Below, one piece after another: positions 56,901 through 64,000 of a stretch of 64,000 bases of DNA. Origin of the DNA: Felis catus. Taxonomy: Eukaryota. A model generated the notes under the pieces. The model was not told the origin of the DNA and ran no database searches. It saw only the letters and a list, made by a program, of their open reading frames with translations. A program made the translations under genes and the position numbers. Location of the stretch: contig NC_058382.1 of NCBI RefSeq assembly GCF_018350175.1, forward strand, positions 57,972,001-58,036,000, given 5' to 3'. Positions within the stretch are counted from its first letter, which is position 1. Each line of letters opens with the position of its first letter.

Positions 56901-59900
56901 GCTCATGCATTAAAGCCCGAATTTCTTGTACCTACAGGATGAGAGCCCCTGATTCCTGGGGCAGATGCTGCAGAGGCATCGAAGATCAGATCAAACTGTG
57001 AAATCGCCACCTTTCGCGGTTCGCGTGGGCTGGCTTCACATATGCTGGGTCTAAGCAGCCACCCTGGCCTCCCAGAGCTGCTGGCCAGCAGGGAGCACAG
57101 ATAATGCTCAGCCTGGGCATCAAGGAGGGCTTTCAGGAGGAGGAGACGCCTGAGTGACGTTTCCCTAGACTCCCAGTGCCTCCGGGTGGGGAAGGTGGGG
57201 TGGCTGTTCCAGGGGACGTGTCGCTTGAAGGTTAGGAGTTGGCGATCCTGGGGCACGGCCTGCTGGGGGGCTAGAATGGGGCCCCGCTCCGAGGCCTCCA
57301 GTGCCCTGCCGGGGACATTTCACCCTAGGGGCTCATCCTGGGGGCTTCGGACAGATCAGGCGTAACATCTTTGTGCAGACATGTGTCCTGGATGTGGAAT
57401 GTGACGTCTGTCCCCTCCCCCAGATTCTTTCTGGAGCCCAGGAGGCCCCACAGGGGACTCCACCTGATCCTGGCCCAGTCGGGCGCATATGTCTGTGGGC
57501 GCTCCGGCCTCTGTCCCGGCCGGCTTCCCGGCGGCACTTGCCCCAGCACGTGTGGAGTGAGACGGCTGTGAAGCTGGCTGGGCCTGCCCTCCGCCGAGAG
57601 CCCCTGGTGTGGGATTTGTCAGGAGCACGTGGGCCGCCCTGGCCTGGGGGGCGGTGGGCGGAAGTCCTGGTCTCGAGACCAGACATCCTAGGCCCCGACG
57701 CGGGGTGCTGTGTGAGGCCAGTCCGGTGGCTTGGCCTCTCTGTGCTTCCACATCGGCCTCTGAAAAGTGGGCGGGTACCAGCACAAGGGGCGTGTCGGGC
57801 CGTGGCGGAGGGTGGTGTGGGGCCAGCGGGTGTTCACTGTGCAGCTGACGGGGGCAGGGGGCGGGCTCCTCCCCGTAGCGCCACATTGGGAGTGGCCTGA
57901 AGGGGGGACCGATACCATTTGGTTCCTCTCAAGAGCGCACGAGCAGGGGAATCCGACCGCCCAGGGCCTTCGGGTAGAGGCAGGGAACGTAGACGGGGGC
58001 CGGAACCCGGGTCCGGGCCCAGGCCGCCTGGCGCGATGGTTTCGCGAACGAAGCAGAGAGGACCTTGCGGCCGCCCTCCTGTGGGGGAGGCAGGCAGGCC
58101 ACCACCGGTGGGATCTGGCCGCCCAGAAATGCCGCCCTCCTCCCGTTAAGTCTGACCTCCCAGGACTAGTCTCTACCCTCCAGACCCCGCCCACGCAGAC
58201 CCCGGCCCAGCCTGGCCCTCTTCTGGTCTCCTGAGTATGCCCAGCCTACCTCTTGTATTTGGGTCCCCCCACCCCTCCTTTGCCCTCAGATGAACTCCTT
58301 TCAGGCATCACCTCCTCCAGGAAGTCTCCCCTGATTGCCCTCTCCAGGTTGACTTTCCGCTAACCGGTTTCACATCTGTCTCCCCCGCCACCAGCCCCTA
58401 GCCCCTTGGCTCCCCTTGCCCCTGCCTGGGCCACCTTCTCTCCTTACTCTTTGTCTCATTCCAAGGCCGGCCTCATTTCCCCTCCTCCAGGAAGCCCTCC
58501 CTGACCTCCACAGTCTCTGCAACGCCTTTTATTTCTCAGCTCTGAGGTCCAGGGCCCTGTGCCTTCCCTGGCCGCTGCCCCCCAGGGTCAAGGCCCTCGA
58601 TCCTGAAGCACAGGTCCCCGAAGAGCCACATGGGGATTCACGGTCCACCTGGGGCCACAGACCCGTCCCGGAGGCCCTGTGCCCTCAGCGTGTGGGGAGC
58701 TGCCTCAGTGAAAGAGAGGTTCGGCCACCTGCTGGGGCACAGGGCGGCTGTGGGGCACACACTGAGCCACCGGCTGGCCCTGGGCCACTGCTCCCTCGCC
58801 ACTGCCGGGGGGGGTGGTGGTTCTGGCTTTCCTCAGGGAGGAGGGTTCTGATCAGCCTCGGGGGGCTGTCTGCTGTTCAGCGGGAACAGCGTGCCCAAGT
58901 CCTACCCACACCCTAGGTGTGCGAGCTTCACGTGAGCTGCAAAAGCAGTTTTCCGACGAACATCCCAAGGTTGGGAGGCGAGGTTCCAAGTCCGTGGTCA
59001 CGGGGCAGGTGTGGGTCCAGATCCAAGGCACCGAGCCTTGACGTTCTCTGGGTACCACGTGCCCCGTGCTGCTGGAGAACATTTAGCGCACTCCCCGTGA
59101 GCGTGGCTTGGTGGCCTGCGGAGCCCCAGACAGATGACACGGAATGATGGATTCCAGGCCTTGGCTCCAGGCTCCAGAGGGAGGAAGGGAATCATTCATG
59201 CTGTCAGGGGAAGGCCGTTCCAAGGAGGCCACGGCTCCCCGGGGACGTGGAGGGGCACCCCACCCCACCCGGCCCGGGAGAGGCCTCCCCCTCGGGCTGC
59301 AGGGCACCTGGGGGCCGCGGTGGCCTGTTTGTGCTGCGGGGCGAGGTGCCCCCGGCCCGCGTCTTTTCTCTCTTCGGCCAGGAGGGAGGGCTTTGAACGG
59401 TGAGGCATGCGTGGCCTCGCTCGCTGCTCAGTTAGGGACACTGAGGCCCGAGGAGCAAATTAGCACATGGCAGAGCCCATCAGGACATCAAGGAGACCTT
59501 TGCCCCTTACTTACTCTTTTGTTTGGCCACATCGGGGGTTGCTAACAGGAAGCCCTCCGGAGCCGCCCCAGAGCCTCCCTCTACGCGGGCAGGGGTGACA
59601 GTGTGCCCCGGGAAAGGAAGCCGGTGGTAGGAGCCGAGCACGCCCTCCCAGGGCTCGACAGTGATTCCTGCCGTGGCTGTGCCTCCGTCCGAGGAGTGGG
59701 GCGGCCTGTGGCAAAGGCCTCCTGCATGTGGACCCGTCCCCTCCTGGCTTCGAGGCCGCTTCCGTTGTCGCACCCACTTCACAGATGGCAAGACCGAGGC
59801 CAGCAAGTCTGTGTTGCTGACACAGCACGTGGGAGACAGAGCTGGAGCCCAGCCCCTCCAGGATGGGGAAGGGGTGGCTCGGGGACTAGGAGAGCAAGGG

Positions 59901-60819
59901 GGCGGCGGGATGGGGGGCCCGTGGCTGTGTTGGGGAGGGTGGCAGGCAGAGATGAGGTTCCAGAGGCCCCTGACGGATGCGGCCCCTCTGACTGTCCCGG
60001 GATTTCATCCCAGGAGAACCTCCCCCAGGCCACGTCTGATACCCGACCCCAGTCACGGAGTTAGCGGGTGGGGAGCTGCGTGACTGCAGGCACCCCCGCC
60101 CACCCCCTGCCCCTTCCCCCCTCGTCCCCCTTCCCCCCTGCTACCGGGGGGTGGGGGTGGCTGTGCCCTGAGCCACAGGGCTGTGGGTCCTGGAGCAGCC
60201 AGCTCCTTCGTGCCGCAGCGCCGGGGCTGTGTCTCCCGCTCAGCTAATTATGTGGAAAATTGGAAGAAATTGCACGAGCCTTGGTGGGAAATGAGGTCAG
60301 GGCTGAAGGTTATCGGAGCAGCAGCGGTGGCCGCCCGGCCGGCCTCCCTCGAGGCGCCAGGCCCCTCGCCTGAAGCAGAGCCGTGTCCCCCCCACCCCGT
60401 CCCAGAGCCGAGGTCCCCAGGAAGGGGGGGGCGCAGCAGGCGGCTCCCCTCACCCCAACCCCAGTGTATCCCCCCAATCTTTGAAAATCCAGAAGCAAAG
60501 CGGGCCAGTCTCCCGCCCCCTCCCCGCCGGCCCACCGAGTCCGCTCGGCTCTCGGTCACGCCCTTGGCCGCTCCCCACGGATGCCCTGTGTGGGGGCGCG
60601 CTGGGCAGTAGGGGGCTGGCCCTGGGCGATTCAGGCACTGCTGGGGGCTGGCGGGCAGCGAGGGCAGTGAGTGGGCCCGTAGAAGGGGTGGGGAGGTGCC
60701 TGTGCGCACGGGGTAGAGCCGCGCCCCTCAGCCGCCGCGCCCCTCAGCCGCCGCCTCCAGGCTGGCACCTTACCCTGTCCTTTCTTGCTGCGCCCTCCTG
60801 GACAAGAGGCAGCCATGCG

Positions 60820-61000
60820 TGTTGGTTAAACGTGGCCGGTGGAGCCAGATGCCTGCTTCAAACCCCGTGCCGCCACAGACTAGCTGGTGACCTTGGCCAA
60901 GGTGCCTGTCTGCGCCTCAGTTTCTTCATCTGTGAAATGGGGATAGCAGAAGTGCCCGTTTCAAGCTTAGATGAGTACTTCGTATACGGGGCTCGGTTGG
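60820..61000 (+). mobile_element. MIR
   Basis: ggagccagatgcctg...gtgaccttggccaag...gcctcagtttcttcatctgtgaaatggggata. Confidence 0.88.
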
Positions 61001-61908
61001 CCGCCGGGACCTGCTGGGGTTTGCCATGATGGGTGAGGAGGGGGTGGTTTTCCTAGCCCCCCCCCCCAGCCTCCCCAGCCCCCAGACAGCATTCTCTCCT
61101 GCCTCTGTGCCGGCCCAGCGCTGGCCCTCCTGCCACCCCGCTGGCTGGTCCATGCCGAGGCCCAGGACCGGCTGCTCTCCAGGGACCCTGAGCCTCTGGT
61201 GCCAGGCGGGGCCCGGGGCACGGCGGTGCGGAGAGGTCCTCCAGCACAGGGCGCCTGTCAGCTGTGACACCCCGCAGCCGTACCCCAGACCCTCCTCCTG
61301 TTAGTAAAGATGTCAACAGTGACAGCGCCGGCAATGGTCATCATGTCACACGGGGACCGCGAAGCCCCGCCTTACCCACCCTGCACTTTGCCCGCGGCCC
61401 CTTCCTCCCCACCCCTCCCCTCCCCTCCCCAGCCAGCGCCCTGCCTCCACGTGTGTCCTTGGTGGAGAGCGGCGTGGGGCACTGGGTCTCCCTGTTCTGG
61501 GGACAGTGATAAGTCAGAAGCTACAAACCCCTCAGGACAAAAGACAGCCTTTATGGGCATCCAGGTGTCTGACCGAACCCTGTGCAGCTGTCCAGGATGG
61601 GAGTGAAGCCCCGAGGCTGGCCTGCGACTCTGCTCCTGTTAGGATCTCGGGGTGTGGCTGTCCCCGGAGCGCCCCCACCGGGGCCTGGACGGTTCACTCG
61701 CCCGTGCAGACTGAGCGGGAGGGTCCTAGCTGTCCCAACTCTGCATCCGTGTGGGAGACCAGGCGTTTCCCTCCAGCCGTGCCTGCACTCGGGGGGCAGG
61801 AGGTGGGGGAGAACCCACGTGCCACCACTCTCTGGGGCAGACTCTGGGGTCCCCATGCTCTCTGCACACTCAGGGCTGCCCAGACTCGGGGTCTGAAAGA
61901 CAGGATCC

Positions 61909-62126
61909 GGGGAGCCTGGGGGCTCAGTCGGTTGATCATCCGACCCTTGATTTCGGCTCAGGTTATGGACTCACGGTTCGTGGGTTCGAGCCCCACGTTA
62001 GGCTCTGTGCTGGCAGCGAGGTGCCTGATGTGGATTCTGTCTCCCTCTCTCTCTGCTCCTCCCCCATGCTCGCTCTCTCTCTCTCTCTCTCTCCCTCAAA
62101 ATAAATATTTAAAAAACTGAAAAATA
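61909..62126 (+). mobile_element. Can-SINE
   Basis: Perfect 13-bp TSD aaagacaggatcc at 61896-61908 and 62127-62139. Confidence 0.96.
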
Positions 62127-62680
62127 AAAGACAGGATCCATCTGTACCCCAGGTACACAGGAAGGGTCTGATTTTAACGACCAAGGTCCAGGGAGGGCAG
62201 GGGAAGAGCAGGCTGCCGAAAACGCAAGAAAAGGGAAAAGGAGGCAGTGACCTTCTCTGCTCCGAGGGCTTCCCATGTGGTGACCCTGGGGTGGGCATGA
62301 GCTCCATTCTACAGATGGAGAAACCAAGGGCAGGGTTCAGAAAGTTGCCCACGGCTGTGCTGAAACCCCACCATTTTTTCTCTTTTTTTTCCCTTCTTTT
62401 TTTTTTTTTTTTTTAATCACCGCGCTATTTAATATGGAGGTTGAGGGATGAAAATAAATGAGCTGCCCCCACCTCCAATTTCCTCCTGATTGAGAGGTGG
62501 CGGCCTCCCGAGGGCTGGCGGGCCCCTCCCGGGGGAGCATCCCACGTCCTTCGTCGGTGTCCCGACACGGTGAGATGCCTGCCCCCGGCGGCATCAGAGG
62601 CTGGCTGGGAGGTGGGCGTAATTGACTTGTAACATGCAGACCGTGACAGGCTGTCATCTGTGTTGGGCTCAGGGTAGGAG

Positions 62681-62686
<6 letters not shown>

Positions 62687-62740
<54 letters not shown>

Positions 62741-62747
62741 CGCGTGC
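62687..62747. repeat. (TG)n(CG)n alternating tract
   Basis: Directly seen. Confidence 0.97.
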
Positions 62748-63699
62748 TCTCTCTCTCCCTCATGTTTTATGGAGATAACAAACAATCTTTCCTGATTAGG
62801 GAGAGCCTTGCAAACGCTGTGCAGGTGGCACGTGGGGCTGGGGAACCTGGGCACAACAGGGGATTCCTGACCCCCTGGAGCCTCCTCTCAAGCCCTGCCT
62901 GCCCAGTCCCTCCCCTGCCCACCTTCGAACCCAAGCCATTGGCGAAGGGCTCCCAGTGCCCCTGACAAGTGCCCTTGTGGGGCACTCCTCTCGGCAGCAG
63001 GCTGCCCTGGGGTCTCGAGGCAGGCAGTGGCACCGTGGGAAGGGTACCTGTGCCCCCCCCCCCGCCAGACACGCACACACTGTGCCGCTGATGAAGCAGC
63101 ATGTGGGCTGGCACAGCCTGGAGCTGCCTTCCAGAGACACCGTTGAGGGCTTTTGGAGTCGCCCAGCCCCTTTTGCAGGTGTGGAAACTGAGGCCCAGAG
63201 AAGGCAAGTGACTTGCTCAAGGCTGCACAGCTGGGACAGCGGGTCTCCACCCCCACGCTCTCCCTGTGATGCTGCTGGTGGCCTGCCCTTCAGGGCGGGG
63301 GAGGCGTCCTCATCTAGACCCACCATGGCCACTGGGGACCAGGCAGGTGCTGGGGAGTGACCTTCCTGGGGCACCCGCTTTCCGAGCAGACGCCTAGGAC
63401 GCCGCCCCCTCGTGGTGCCTGCCGCCACACGGCCCCTCGGTCTCTGCGGGTGACAGAGGCTGCCCTGGGCACTCCTCCTCTCCAGGGCCACCTCCGCCCG
63501 GGCGGTGACCGGTTTGCTCTCCCACTGACGTCATCCAGGAGCCCGGTCTGATGGAGCCTCTCCTCCTGGTGCCCTTTTCCTCCCCGGGGCCATTTTTCTT
63601 GGTGACCCCAGGGTTTCGCTCCCTCTGCCCGGGTGACTCTGCGAGGACACGGCTCGCGTGGGCATTTGGCACAGCGAGCTCCCGACGCTGCCGTGCCCA

Positions 63700-63930
63700 G
63701 AGGTGGATTTTTCCATTCGCATCTTCTTTTCAAATATTTTCAGAATCTGGAAACAATTAAAGCGGCCCAGTGGGGGCCGATTTTATTCAATCAAAGCTCA
63801 CAGACTGTCGTGTGTGTTGGATCGATGCTGCCCTGGGCCGGCCGCTTTGTTAATGCTCTGTCCTGCGTGCAGCCTTGAAGGAAACTCAAACCGGAGGGAG
63901 GAAAAATCCATTTAATAATCCTTGGAAGCC
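63700..63930. promoter_or_regulatory. Candidate enhancer island (SOX, TCF/LEF, homeodomain)
   Basis: AACAATTA 63752, ATCAAAG 63790, CTTTGTTAAT 63845, TAATCC 63916. Confidence 0.4.
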
Positions 63931-64000
63931 CGCCTCCCACAAGCTGCAGAGACTGTCGCCCTGGGTGTTTCCGGGGTGGGAGAGGTTCCTGCGTGAGGTC

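Noticed and set aside
1..64000. Assigning a host gene or chromosome
   Set aside because: No exon recognised; any name would be a guess without alignment

Overview
Mammalian genomic DNA, almost certainly felid, judged from about 17 tRNA-derived Can-SINE (SINEC_Fc-type) copies with (CT)n + poly-A tails and target-site duplications. The window is very GC/CpG-rich and appears entirely non-coding (intron or gene desert). I found no credible protein-coding exon, structural RNA gene or CRISPR array; the long ORFs are explained by GC content and low complexity. It contains old eutherian repeats (MIR, L2, L1M, MLT1, MER3/5A/46C/58-like), two large simple-repeat arrays with higher-order structure ((CCAT)n at 22.1-24.1 kb; a CACTGTG/C-run minisatellite at 52.4-53.2 kb), a CpG island near 32 kb, and many short unique islands dense in TF motifs (MEIS/PBX-HOX, homeodomain TAAT, FOX, GATA, KLF/SP, RFX, CTCF). 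This suggests an enhancer landscape of a gene that cannot be identified from this window. Best observations: two independent SINE-in-SINE insertions at the same host position, a 19-bp MEIS+homeodomain element repeated exactly 691 bp apart, two RFX X-boxes bracketing the G4-prone minisatellite, a homotypic KLF/SP array next to a GATA site, and strong AT-to-GC drift of old L1 remnants. Repeat family names come from remembered consensus sequences, not a database run, and boundaries of old repeats are approximate. I see no convincing wholly new biological system.
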